64,000 bases of DNA from Octopus vulgaris (GCA_951406725.2 OX597819.1:104718001-104782000), one strand, 5' to 3'. Counted from the stretch's first letter, positions 40,497 to 54,272 are shown. The notes: generated by a model from the sequence alone, not told the origin. A program made the numbers and translations.

Positions 40497-41270
40497 TTTA
40501 TCAACCACATCTCCAGCTATACCTACACCAATGGCTACACCTTGAACCTGCATGTAAAGTTTTTTATTAAACTTTACTATGTGGTTTTTCAAGGTGGTTT
40601 TTACGCTGGCCCCTATTGCATATGCAATCATTTCCCTCACTTGATTGTTGTTCTCAGGGTTTTGGGTGGGTGCGGTCCAGCCACTCCAGCGCTCTGTGGT
40701 GCTTTTCTTCACCGCTGAAGTGATCGTGGGTGGTCTACCTCTCTGTGACCTGGTGGGGAAGAATTTACTAAGGTCAATGTCATCTAAATAGCTATTGTCA
40801 TAGCATAGTCTGAGGAGGAGGCCCAGTTCCCTGGTGTTGACCTTACGGAATTCCACTTCACTCTCACAGATTGCTTGAATGCATTTCTCCACAGCAAAAT
40901 CTATGTCTATAGATGGGTAGAGTGAAATTACATCCATACTACCCACTATACAACCTGTGAGGTCGTTGGTGTGGTTGCAAGTACTGATTTTACTGAGGAG
41001 ATCTTCTGTACTCATACACACATCCGGAGACAAATCTATGAGAGGTCGCAATACTTGTGAGAGGAAGTAGGACAGTCTATAGTTGCTGGAGATGTTTGCT
41101 CCGCAAACTGGTCTGGTTGGGGGCCCTGCGACAGGATTTATGTAGGGTTTGTGGTCTTTGCGTAACCCGTATAGTGTAGGAACATCATTGTTGGATGTCT
41201 GGAAATTGTGTGCTGTCCTTTTTGTAGGTTGGAGTATGTTGTACCACATTCCCATGTGTGCATTGAGGTG
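40497..41270 (-). mobile_element. Penelope-like element reverse transcriptase fragment
   Basis: LYGLRKDHK, PTRPVCG, SMDVISLYPSI (motif A) and YMQVQGVAIG (motif B'). Truncated by a (CA)n tract before the YxDD motif. Confidence 0.8.
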
Positions 41271-41276
41271 TATATA

Positions 41277-41947
41277 CATGCCTCGAGTATATATGCTATA
41301 ACTTTTCAAAATCCACCACACTCGCGCGGTTTTCTCAGCAGTAAATATAAACTGCCCATTTAATTTCAAAATTAGCCAAAAAATCATTAATTAATAAATT
41401 TTAGGGTAACAAAAAATTCTAGAAAAATTCTCTAGGGTAGCAAAAACTTCTAGAAAAAATTTTCTAGAATTTTTTGCGACCCTAAAATGTATTAATGATT
41501 TTTTCGCTAATTTTGAAATTAAATCGGCAGTTTATATTTACTACTGAGAAAGCCGCGCGAGTGTGGTGGATTTTGAAAAGTTATAGCATATAGACTCGAA
41601 GCATGGTTATTATCGCCTGCTTCGTGACTATATGGTAGTCCTTGGCTTTCTGCTGAAGAGGCACGCCAGTCATAAATAAATTTATTTTATTTACAAAAAA
41701 GATTGCCGAAACTATGCATAGTCCAGAAAGGGTAAACGTTTTTATTTCTCTTTCCATTTCAGAATTACAATTATTAGTGGTTTGGAGTTTAACTGCTCTT
41801 TCTAGTGAGTCGGATGTCCTATTATGGCCATCCCTTATGCGTTTGAATGTATATTACATAGTCTATTGACAATTTTTTCTTTCTCACTTGACCGCTGGTA
41901 GCGGAGAATTTTTCTAGAAGTTTTTGGTACCCTAAAATTTATTGATA
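41277..41947 (+). mobile_element. ~450-bp pLTR/retrozyme-like unit with terminal direct repeat and inverted partial copy
   Basis: TTTTCTAGAA.TTTTTG..ACCCTAAAAT recurs at ~41460 and ~41909. 41277-41430 is the inverse of ~41460-41605. The unit contains an HHR. Confidence 0.75.
41646..41730 (+). ncRNA. type I hammerhead ribozyme (complete consensus)
   Basis: CUUUCUG-CUGAAGA-GGCA...UGCC-GAAAC-UAUGCAUA-GUC-CAGAAAG: 7-bp stem I, G-C closed stem II, palindromic ACUAUGCAUAGU stem III, GUC cleavage site after 41723. Confidence 0.9.
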
Positions 41948-41978
41948 TATATATACATATATATATAAAGATATATAA

Positions 41979-42032
<54 letters not shown>

Positions 42033-42149
42033 GTGTATATATATATATATATATATTCATTGAACAGCAGATACAAAATAAATTAAAGCAAATCGAAGTT
42101 GCTTTTAATTTAATCGATAAACTGAGATGTGTTTTCTCTTCGAACACAT

Positions 42150-42395
42150 CACCGGCGCAACAACAACAACTTCAGCAGCATCAACAACAACAACCTCAGC
42201 GGCAACAACAACAACAGCAGCAACAACAACAGAATGAACCACTCCTTGATTCGTCTACAACGGCCGATTTGTTAAACGAAACGATTGACCCCTCCCCAGT
42301 CACCAGGGTCTCACAGCAGGAAGCACCATCCCTTCCTTTCACTTCCCCAGTAGCTCAATCATCATCACTGTCAACATCATCGCTTCTGCCTACTA

Positions 42396-42427
<32 letters not shown>

Positions 42428-45400
42428 ACCTCAAGGAATCTACCTCCAACTACTTGTTCAAGAACTCTACCTCCCACAGGTCACAAAGTTCGCCAAAACC
42501 TCAGCAAACTATCATCTACACCTCTCACAACTCACACAAGCACCCACACACCCACTCGAAACCCCGTCATTTGCCGATATTCTCTCCGCTATAGATTATG
42601 CACTGATAGAGACTGCAAGTTCACCCATTTACCTGGGACAGAAAGCTCTATCCCCACAAACTACAACAGCCACCACCATAATACATACTCTATTACAACA
42701 CCACCACAACCACCAATATCTCAAACAAGGAATCCCCAAATCTGCCGCTATTCCCAGCGAGAAAGATTGTGTATGCACAGGGATTGTCCCTTTATCCATC
42801 TCCCGGGGACTCGTCGGACAAATGATAATAAAAATAAAAATAACGGCAAAAAAACATATAACTCATATAGAAATAACCACTCATATAAAAATAACCACAA
42901 CAAAAGTCACCTACAGTTCCCTAGACAGGAAACTTTTTCCTCTTTTGTAGCTATAAGGAATCTAGCAAAAGAACTGGAAAAAAAACATCCGAGCTATCAC
43001 CTACCACCATCCACCACTATCACCCCACTGCACATGCCATTAAAAAGCAAACATAAACAAAACGCCAAAACTATTAAAACCATCCACTCTCACCTCAACA
43101 TTTTTGCTTAATGCCCAAGACATCAGTCCTTCCACCAATACTCAAAAATGGAAGTTAAAATTCCTGGAGGACTGGGTCGATGCCTATCCAAACCACATCC
43201 CTTTCTTCGTCCTCACTGAAACCCATCATAGTAACCTCCACTTGGAAGCCGGGGTGAAAGTTAAAAATTTCAAAGCCATTAATGCTGATCGTGCTGGCAG
43301 AAGAAAGGATGGGACTGCCGTTTATGTTCTTGATTCATTCCCAACAGAGACTTGTGACCCCCTTCGGTCAGACACTGACCATGGGTTTTCACCTACAGAG
43401 TTACCCTCTGAGGCACAAGTCTGGACAAGGTTTTTTTTTATGGAAGACCAGCAGTCGCCCATGCATACCGGCCTCCCCTCTCCACGTCACCGATGTTGTC
43501 TAAGGGAAAGGCAAGGGTCGATACAGCTTGGCACCTGTGACGTCGCAACTCATTTCTACAGCTGAGTGAACTGGAGCAACGTGAAATAAAGTGTCTTGCT
43601 CAAGAACACAACACGCAGCCCGGTCCAACAGAGACTATGGACATATTTTCTAATGGATACTGCGAAACAGTCGCTGTATTCAGTCAAACCAACAACTTAA
43701 TAGTAGTTGGGCTCTACAGACTACTCCAAACGCCCCTACCATGTTTCAAGGAATGCCTCAACAACATAAAGTGTTTCCTCCAGCAGTGTCAACCTGACAA
43801 CATCTTAATGGTGAGAGACTTCAACCTTCCCGGGGTTGACTGGTCTACAAACAGTGTGCCGCCAGGTTCTTCTCTTTGAACTCCTGACAGGGAGGCAGTG
43901 GAATCGCTTCTTGACTTCATGGATGATTTCTTCCTGTCCCAACTTGTGCTCGAACCAACAAGATCTCACAAAAAAGTCGTAGACTTAATTTTCAGCAATC
44001 ATACTGACACTATCCACAATATTGCAGTGGAGAAAGCTCTACTCTCTGATCATGACATGGTTCTCTGTGATCTGAGATTTCACCGGCCAAAATACAAAAC
44101 AAACGTCATCCCTCTTGTACATCCATTTGACACTATGGATTTCCACAACGCAAACTGGGAAGCGATCAGTAATGATCTTGAACAAGTCGATTGGTCCTTC
44201 ACGCACACATACACACCCACTAACATCAAAAAGTCCTGGCAGTCATTTGTAGACACCATTACCAACATATGTGCAAAGCACACCCCATTAAGATCTGCAA
44301 ACAAATCTAAGTGCAGAATCCCTAGAAATAGAATAACTCTCATCAGGAAAATTAAAAGAATTAACAAAAAAATCAACAAGCTAAAATACTGGCAACAGCA
44401 ACACACCAACCTGACTGCCATCACGTCACTAGAGATTGAAAAACATAACCTCCAAAACAACATGATGTCTATCATCAATAGTCAGAGAAGAGCTGAAGAG
44501 TCCTGGGCCATTGAGAAGATCAAACTCAATTCCAAAGTGTTCTTTTCATTTGCAAAAAAAAAACACGAAGTCACTGGCTCTACTGTTGGCCCTCTGATTG
44601 ATGAAAATGGTACTCTTCAAGACAATGCCAAAACCATGGGAGAGATGCTGCAGAAACAATATTGTTCTGTTTTCAGCAATCCTTATATTACTGATCTGGG
44701 TTGCATCAGTGATGTTACTCCCCTATACACTTTATCGGACATAACCTTTGGCGCAATAAAAGAAATGAAGCATAATTTAGCAGTAGGTCCCGATAGGTTC
44801 CCTGCTTGTGTCTTGAAGATGTATCAACACCAACTTGCACCCCCCTCTAGCCAATCTGTGGCGGAACTCACTGGATGCTGGATATATAGCAGAAAACCTA
44901 TACCAGTCTGTTGTCCCAGTTTTCAAAAAAGGAAACAAATCGCTTGCCGTGAATTACCGTCCAATCTCACTCACCTCTCATATCATTAAGGTATTTGAGA
45001 GAGTGCTGAGATCGCAAATGACTCACTCCCTTGAGAGTCATAATATGCTGAACTCCAACCAGCATGGATTCCGTAATGGAAGGGATTGCCTGACGCAGCT
45101 ACTGCATCATTTTGATGATATTTTGAGAGCCTTAGGAGAGGGTTCCAACACTGATGTTATCTACCTTGATTTCATCAAGGCCTTTGACAGGGTTGATCAT
45201 AAGAACCTTTTGAGAAAGCTGTCCAATATTGGTGTCACTGGAAAGCTGCTGCAGTGGATCAAGTGCTTCCTGTCGAACAGAACCCAACATGTTGTAGTCG
45301 AAGGAGTCAAATCCAGCCCAGCCAAAGTCAGTAGTGGTGTCCCACAAGGCACTGTGTTGGGCCCACTTCTCTTCATCATCTACATTAATGACATTACTGA

Positions 45401-46402
45401 TATCATCAATCACAGTAACATCAGAATTTTCGCTGATGATTCCAAGCTCCAGAAGGTCATCAATGGCGTGGATGACCGGATAAGCCTTCAGTCAGACCTA
45501 CTTGCTGTTGTCCAATGGGCGGAAAAGAACAACATGTTGGTAAACGAAGACAAATTCGAACTGATCCACATTGGAAGGGAGGACGCTCTGAAACTCCCAT
45601 ACTCCCTTCCTTCTGGAGAAATTCTCATAGCGTCTAACAACATCAGAGACTTTGGAGTAACTGTGGACAACAACATAAGCTGGGCTACACATATAAGCAG
45701 CAAAGTTGATATGGCCCGCAGAATGTGTTCCTGGATTCTCAGAACCTTCCAGACGAGAGATTCCCACACCATTATCCTTTTCTTCTCCACTTGTGCCCGA
45801 CCCCACCTTGAATACTTCTGTCCATTGTGGTCTCCCTACACGAAACACAATATCATGAGAATTGAAGCTCCCCAAAGGTCAATCACAAAAAAGATAGATG
45901 GCATGTCAGACCTCGACTACTGGGGTCGACTAGAAAAGCTGAAACTGTATTCACTCCAACGACGCCGTGAACGCTACATTATCTGTATTATGTGGAAAAT
46001 ATTCCATCAGCACTGTCCAAATGATGTTGGCATCACCTTTAAAATACATCCAAGTCTTGGACCACATGCCATCCGTCTACAACAAAAATCTGAATCGTAT
46101 CTCATAAAAACAGTACGGCACAATTCTTTCACCCCAATTGGACCCGCTCTCTTCAACATTATACCAGGACAAGTCAAAACAGAAACTGACCACACAAAAT
46201 TCAAGAAGTCTTTGGACAAATTCCTTCAAACAGTCCCGGACAAACCATCCACACCCGGATATGTCTCCGCAAACAATAACTCTCTGCTTGAATGGGCCTT
46301 GGTGCCCAAATCCTGAATTGAAAGACTTCGCCAGGTGTTGCTATTAAGTTAGACATGGCCTGGGCCAATACTGACCAAAACCTTTCTAAGTTATTCTAAG
46401 TT
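42150..46402 (+). mobile_element. near full-length CR1-type LINE: ORF1 with two CCCH fingers, disrupted ORF2 (APE plus RT)
   Basis: ORF1 has CRYSLRYRLCTDRDCKFTH and CRYSQRERLCMHRDCPFIH. ORF2 has LTETH, DFNLP, LSDH, YRPISLTS, GVPQGTVLGP and FADDSK. Tail is (TTCTAAGTTA)2. Confidence 0.93.
43353..43624 (-). mobile_element. 5'-truncated SINE inserted in the LINE endonuclease
   Basis: 12-bp TSD CCAACAGAGACT at 43341-43352 and 43625-43636; homologous to 54716-55056. Confidence 0.92.
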
Positions 46403-46459
46403 ACATATATATATATTTATATATGTACATATGCATATATTTATATGCATATGTATATG

Positions 46460-46545
<86 letters not shown>

Positions 46546-46638
46546 TTACTTGGAGAATAAGAAAGCGACGCGTGGCGTTCAATCATATGATAACAATTTA
46601 ATAAATAAAACATATGCATACATACACACATACATACA

Positions 46639-46671
<33 letters not shown>

Positions 46672-47415
46672 GCACATACCTACATCTATATGTATATATA
46701 CATGCATATATGAGTACAGGACACCACAAATAAACGTAGAACACAACGAGAAACGAAAACATAAAATCAAACAAGGAAACGGACTTTTATTAACAACGAA
46801 AAAACAGAGTGCAAGAGAAATCAGCTGCTCCTGTTTCGACTCAATACGTGTTTCGAAGGTAAAGGCAGAACACGATCCGGCCGAAGCAGTCCTCCTTGCA
46901 AAATGAATTAAATAAAATTCTTTTGCTGAGGGGTAAAAAAAGTGACAAGAACAGGACGTACAAGCAATACAAATGAAGACAAAAACAGTACACATATAGA
47001 ATAAAAGCAGGACAAGGAAACCAACAATAAGGGCTTTTTTTAAGCCTAGACGGTGGAAAAATTCGTTAGAACGTATTCTGAAGATCGGCTTGCGGATGAC
47101 AGAAGAAGGTCGATGTTGACTTGTTGAAAGCAGCCGGCAGAAATAAAGTTACCAGTCCGGTCAGCGGCCAGAGAGAGGAGGAGTGTGAGAGAGAGAGAGA
47201 GGAGGAGGAGGAGTGAGAGAGAGAGAGAGAGCAAAAGAAACCAGAAAGGGTGAAAAATAAGGAGAGAGACAGGTAGAGAGGAAGACAGACAGGCAGGGAG
47301 GAAAGGTCAAGTAAAGAGCTAAGAGTGCGCGTCATAAATATTATAATAAAAACTTACTTGGAGAATAAGAAAACGACGCGTGGGGTTCAATCATAAAATA
47401 ACAATTTAATAAATA

Positions 47416-47505
47416 CAACTTTTCCCCAGACTTGAAAACATAGAGAGGCATCTTTTTTCCGTCAGAAGCCACGACTCCGAATACCATGACTTGAGCTGGG
47501 TGCGT
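47416..47505 (-). mobile_element. DD37D-like transposase fragment
   Basis: [19 protein letters not shown] motif in ORF 47341-47523. Confidence 0.65.
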
Positions 47506-47521
47506 GATCCTAAATATAAAC

Positions 47522-47631
<110 letters not shown>

Positions 47632-47669
47632 GAAAGAAGGTTTGAAAACGCAATTTAAAAAATGTTTAT

Positions 47670-47714
47670 TTACTTTACCGGTTTCACTCTTTGGAAAATG
47701 ATTGTCAAAAGTAA
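47670..47714 (-). ncRNA. decayed hammerhead motif (duplicated at 57717-57761)
   Basis: UUACUU-UUGACAA...GAAAC-CG-GUA-AAGUAA: 6-bp stem I, palindromic ACCGGU, core two transitions away from CUGACGA. Confidence 0.45.
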
Positions 47715-48319
47715 CATGTAGAAGTTTGATTGCGTTAATTATTGGTTGTTACAAATTGCTACATTACATATATACAGTCTTTGGTAACAGCGACATGTTA
47801 AGGACATAAAAAAGTTCAACAAGTTCCTTAAAATATTGGGCACAAAGGATTACTACATAAATAATCGTTCTCAAGGACATGCTTAAGATAGTTTCCAGAA
47901 GGAATTGATATTGGTATTGGTATTGTATCTGTATATTCAAACATGCACAGAATATTGGTTGACACAGAGTACTACGATCCATATAAATATACATTCTTTG
48001 GCGACAAGAGCATGTTGAGAATATAAAAAAGTTTAACAAGCTCATTGAAATAATGGGCACAAAAGATTACAACAAATATATTATACATTCTCAAGATAAT
48101 TTCCAGAAGGAATTATTAAAAAAGTTCAGTATACACGTACAGAATATTATGAGTTCAAAAAGATTTACATTATAATAGTAGTGAAGCTAAAACTAACCTG
48201 TCCGCTATGGTAGCGTAAAAGGAGGAGTAATGTGGAACTGAAAAGAATTTACCCTTTTTTTGTCTCTCCTTCAAGCATCAATGATTTAGGGGTCAGGATG
48301 GGGTGAGTGTGTGTGTGTC

Positions 48320-48363
<44 letters not shown>

Positions 48364-49141
48364 CATATATATGTGGAGTGAATAGATGTGTCTGTGTGTC
48401 TGTAAGACTTGGTAGGATGGTGTGTCCGTTTGTCAACCGCGTGTGTGGTTGTCTTGGTGTTGTGTGTGTGTGTGTGTGTGTATGTATGTGTGTGGATGGC
48501 ATTTGGCATGGAGCTGCGTGTGTATATGTGTGTCTGTATGGAGGTGAGATTGGTGTGAGTGTGTGCATATACATGTATACATGTGTTTGTGTGGGGGGGG
48601 GCTGTTTTTGATTGGTTCCAGGGTGGTGTAAATAGATGTGTGTTATTTAAAGAATTTTTTGGGGTAGGATGGTGTGTGTATATGTGTGCCCGTTTGTGTG
48701 TGTGTATGTGTGTGGTTAATGTTTATTAGTGTGTTGCGTGTGCGTTAGTGTGAATGTGTTTGTTCGTATGTGTGTCCATGTCTGTTGGGTGTATCTGTGT
48801 GGCATGTGTGTATATGCGTTTTGCGTGTGTTGGTATTGAGTATGTGTTTGTGTGTGTGCGTACATATGGTGTGGGTGTACGCGTCTTTGTGTGTGTATAT
48901 ATATGTATACATGTGTCTACGCGTGTGTGCGGGCCATACATACACACAACATATATATACATATACATATTATACATATACATTACACACACACACACCA
49001 TACTTATATATACACCACACATACACACATACAACACATATATACATCTAATATACACACACGCAATATACACACACACAACATATATATATATAATACA
49101 CACACACACATATATATATATGCATATATATACATGTACGC

Positions 49142-49225
<84 letters not shown>

Positions 49226-49459
49226 TTATATATATGTATATATATACATATATATATATGTATATATATATATGCATATATATATTTATATAAATATATA
49301 TTTAGACACACATATATATACAAACATATAAATGCATTTATACACATACATATATTTATAAATATATGTGTATGTATACACACTCGCACACACACATATA
49401 TGTATATGTATATATACATATATATATATATCTATACATATATATATATATATATAAAT

Positions 49460-49920
49460 ATATTAAATTAGAGACAAAACCTCTATTAGGCAAATCATAC
49501 AATGAAAAACTTAAGCCAATACATAAGATTATTTAATTTATATTATTTAAATATAACAAAATTATTTAAAAAATATAATTGATATAACACTACGATCGTT
49601 TCATGGCTGTTAATTTCTTTAAATTTTCGAGTTACAGTCATTCATCAGGTGGTTTAAATATTTTTCTGATGAAAGAAATTAACAGCCATGAAACGATCGT
49701 AGTGTTATATTAATTATATTTTTCTAATAATTTTGTTATATTTAAATAATATAAATTAAATAATCTTATGTTTGGCTTAAGTTTTTCATTGTATGATTTG
49801 CCTAATAGTGGTTTTGTCTCTAATTTAATATAATATAATATTTTACTATAAAATTGGATTCAATCCTAAATCTGATTTTTCCCTATAAGTTTGGATTTAT
49901 TCCCTAATATTTATTATTAT
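49460..49920. mobile_element. fold-back pLTR-like insertion in (TA)n carrying HHR motifs on both strands
   Basis: ~160-bp near-perfect inverted arms (49460-49620 vs 49672-49832); absent from the paralogous site near 59520. Confidence 0.85.
49588..49651 (-). ncRNA. type I hammerhead ribozyme (intact core)
   Basis: CAC-CUGAUGA-AUGACUGU...ACAGCCAU-GAAAC-GAUC-GUA-GUG with palindromic ACGAUCGU stem III. Confidence 0.82.
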
Positions 49921-49925
49921 ATATA

Positions 49926-49957
<32 letters not shown>

Positions 49958-50250
49958 GATATATATACGTATATAAATGTGTGTGTACAAAAATGTGTGT
50001 ATGTATGTATATATGTATGATGCATGCATGTATTTATAAACTTTTTTTATATGTCCGTGTGTTTATGTTTTATACTATTTGTGTTCATTAACTGTCATCA
50101 TCGTCATCATCATCATCATAATCATCTTTGTTATTATTGTTTATTTTTATTCTTTATTCTACTGTTACTACTTTTACAGAGATTAGTTATATTAGTGGTA
50201 GCTACTGTTATTGTTCCTTTGAATGTACTTAGGGTTCTCGTTGCAGTTAC

Positions 50251-50326
<76 letters not shown>

Positions 50327-50327
50327 G

Positions 50328-50880
50328 AGTGAGAGAGCAGTGCATGCCATTAAAGTGACACTGGGGTAAAATATACGAAGCCCAGTATACCCATCATTAC
50401 CCGTCTGATAAGGGTACACTAGGCACATACATCACAACCATATGTGCGCGACATGGTGATCTCATATCAAGATAAACAGCACATGATCTTGCAGGTGGGG
50501 CCCACTTAGAATTTTCTTCAGGTCGAGTAACCCATCCTGCTCAAAAGGTCCCTGAATAAGGGTTGTTTAAGGATGTTGAATGAAACACCCATGTTTCCAG
50601 AGGTGAAGTATTCAAACCCCAAAGAATCCCTCTCAACACATGGCTATGATGCTCCCCTACTACTTCTGCTCGTGATCAGAGATGTACATATCGTCAGCCA
50701 CTAAGGGACATGCTCAACTGGTTACGGTCAAACAACTGACAAGCAAATCTGTGGTATCGAGCAGAATATTTGCTGTAGCCCATCTTTTATACCAAGACAA
50801 AACAATGTACATGATAACACTTCTAATCAGTTAAGATCAGAAGCCATGAGAGCCACTGCCTGGTACTGTATCAGGGCATT
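50328..50880. mobile_element. ~550-bp non-coding element inserted in (TAA)n, probable non-autonomous retroposon
   Basis: Complex sequence precisely bounded by (ATT)n tracts with no ORF. Classification is inferred from the target. Confidence 0.55.
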
Positions 50881-51029
50881 TATTATTGTTATTATTGTTA
50901 TTATTATAATTATTATTATTATTATTATTATTACTTTTATTATCATTATTATTATTATTATTACTATTATTATTAATATTATTATTAATATTATTATTAA
51001 TATTATTATCATCATCATCATTATTATTA

Positions 51030-51161
<132 letters not shown>

Positions 51162-51337
51162 TTCTACTGTTGTATTTTAGTCACTGCTTTATTTCCTTCC
51201 ATTTTGGTATTTCTTTGGAGTTTTTTCTTTTATTTTTTTACAAAAGTCACGCCACACTATTATAATAAATCCTGAGTGATGGTATTCTTCGCCTCGTACA
51301 CATACACACACAAACACACACATACACACATATATAT

Positions 51338-51412
<75 letters not shown>

Positions 51413-51590
51413 AACTTATACATATACATATATGAACCTATATATATATATATACATGCCCATACACACACACGCACATATATTATATATGCATGCATAT
51501 ACAAACATATATATATACATATTTCTAATGTATAAACATATATATATACACATACATACAAACATACATACATATATATGCATACATATA

Positions 51591-52015
51591 GGCGCAGGAG
51601 TGGCTGTTTGGTAAGTAGCTTGCTAACCAACCACATGGTTCCGGGTTCAGTCCCACTGCGTGGCATCTTGGGAACGTGTCTTCTGCTATAGCCCCGGGCC
51701 GACCAATGCCTTGTGAGTGGATTTGGTAGACGGAAACTGAAAGAAGCCTGTCGTATATATGTATATATATATAAGTGTGTGTGAATATGTTTGTGTGTCT
51801 GTGTTTGTTCCCCTAGCATTGCTTGACAACCGATGCTGGTGTGTTTACGTCCCTGTCACTTAGCGGTTCGGCAAAAGAGACCGATAGAATAAGTACTGGG
51901 CTTACAAAGAATATGTCCCGGGGTCGATTTGCTCGACTAAAGGCGGTGCTCCAGCATGGCCGCAGTCAAATGACTGAAACAAGTAAAAAGAGTAAAAAAA
52001 GAGTAAAAAAGAAAG
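51591..52015 (+). mobile_element. full-length tRNA-derived SINE with CR1-like tail
   Basis: Head GGCGCAGGAGTGGCTG, B box GGTTCAGTCC, tail CAGCATGGCCGCAGTCAAATGACTGAAAC followed by A-rich repeats. Confidence 0.92.
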
Positions 52016-52039
52016 AGTATACATATATACATATATAGG

Positions 52040-52117
<78 letters not shown>

Positions 52118-52935
52118 GCATACACATATACGGATATATACATACATACACACACACACACATACACACACAAGCATATATATATATATATTTACATATA
52201 TATGTTTTCATATTCACACACATACGTGTGCACGTGTATATGATGTGTATACGATGTGTATATATATATACGTGTACGTGTGTGCAAATGTATGATTATG
52301 TAGAGGCAGATCTTTTACTCGCCTATCCAATCTTTTATGTATCTCTGTTGGCCCTTACAGCAAATATAGAAGAAACCACTAGTGACCTTATTTTATCAGC
52401 ATAATCATTATATTAATAACAACAACACCAACAACAACAATAATAATAATAATTCATAATTATTATCACCATCATTATTGTCATTATCATTATCAATAAC
52501 ACTCTCGATTGTCTCATGTAAAACCGCCACAACCGCCACAAACACACTACCGCCACCATCGTCACCATGATCCTCCTCCACATGTATCACCACACACATT
52601 CCCCGTCCATTCTCTCCTGCAAAAGAACGTCAATAGCGAGGATAATATAAACCAATCAATTGTAATCAGATAATTTTTAAAGCTTTCCTTCTTTCTTTTC
52701 GTTTCTTGTCTTTCTTTCTTATATGCCATCCATTAATTTTGAGTTGGGCTCCGAGTGAGACACTATGTCAAACATACATAAAATATAACACGGCTGGATA
52801 CCATGTTTTCCCCCTCCCCCTCCCACCCCCACCCCCATTCCTCGCCACCATCTTTGTTTTTGTTAAAAATATATATATACATACATCTATACGTATGTGT
52901 GTGTTGGTGAATGCATATGTATATATATTTATGTA

Positions 52936-52966
<31 letters not shown>

Positions 52967-53159
52967 TTGTATCTGTTTGTATGTTGTATATAATTATATA
53001 TATGAAAATATATATAAATACATATATACATGTATATATATATGCATATATATATGTAGGCATATATATACATGTATGTATATATGAATATATACGTGTG
53101 TGTGTATATATGTATGCATATGTATGTATGTTTATAAATATATATATGTATGTATGTTT

Positions 53160-53220
<61 letters not shown>

Positions 53221-53971
53221 TATATATATTTGACTTTGCTTTGTTATTTTACTTTTTATTTGTTCTTGTATTACTTTATGTTCGAGTTTGTTTTGTTTTA
53301 CTTGGCTGGATGGCTGGTTGGCTGGTCTGTTATGTATTATTTTTTTCTTGGAGAAAGAAAGAGTTAGAGTATGTGCTTGGGAAAGAAGAAGAATGTGAGA
53401 AAGAGAGGAAAAAAAGGAGAGACAGATAGACGACTTAAAGAAAAAGAGAGAGAAAGAGAGACAGAGAAAGGAAGAGGGAGACTGAAAGGAAAGAGAGAAA
53501 AAAAGGGAAAGGGAGAAGTAGAGTTAAAGAAGAGAGCGAGGAAGAGAAAGAGAAAGAGAGAAAGAGACAGAAAAGGGGGAGACAGAAATAGATAAAAGGA
53601 AGCATAAAGAGAGAGAAAAAAGACAGAAATAGGAGAAATTTATTAAGAGAAGGGGAGAGAAAAACAGAGATGGAAAGAGAGAAAGAGAGCGAGAGAGCGG
53701 GAACGAGAGAGAGCGAGAGAGACTCAGAGACGGAAAACGAAGGAAAAGAGAGCGAGAGAGAGGCATTTATATTCATTGATACCTATTATTTTATGCTTAA
53801 ATTATTATGTTTGTAATGTTGTTCTCTATGTTACTGTATGTTATATGTTTATGCACATTAATATTCTTTTCTACTCTAGGTACAAGGCCCGATGCACATA
53901 AATATTGTATGGGGTATATTAATGTGTTTATATTACTCTATGGTTTTATTACCGTGTACATATGTTATTGT

Positions 53972-54272
53972 GGAGGCACATGGCCTAGTGGTTAGACAAG
54001 CGGACTCGCGTTTGAGGGATCGCGGGTTCGAATCTCAGACCGGGCGATGTGTGTGTTTATGAGCGAAACACCTAAGCTCCACGCGGCTCCAGCAGAAGGT
54101 AATGGCGAATTTCTGCTGACTCTTTCGCCACAACTTTCTCTCACTCTTTCCTCCTGCATCTTGCAACTCACCTGCGACGGACCGGCGTCCCGTCCAGGTA
54201 GGGAACCTATATGCCAAGGAAACCGGGAAACCGGCCCTTATGAGCCAGGTGTGGCTCGAGAAGGAACAAACA
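53972..54272 (+). mobile_element. tRNA-Arg-like SINE (OR-type) with (AAC) tail
   Basis: A/B boxes TGGCCTAGTGG and GGTTCGAATC; TSD ACATATGTTA at 53958-53967 and 54273-54282. Confidence 0.88.

Noticed and set aside
53972-54050. tRNA-like A/B boxes as tRNA genes (also 7640-7704, 39357, 54716)
   Set aside because: They are SINE heads followed by family bodies and tails, some with TSDs; no complete cloverleaf is evident.
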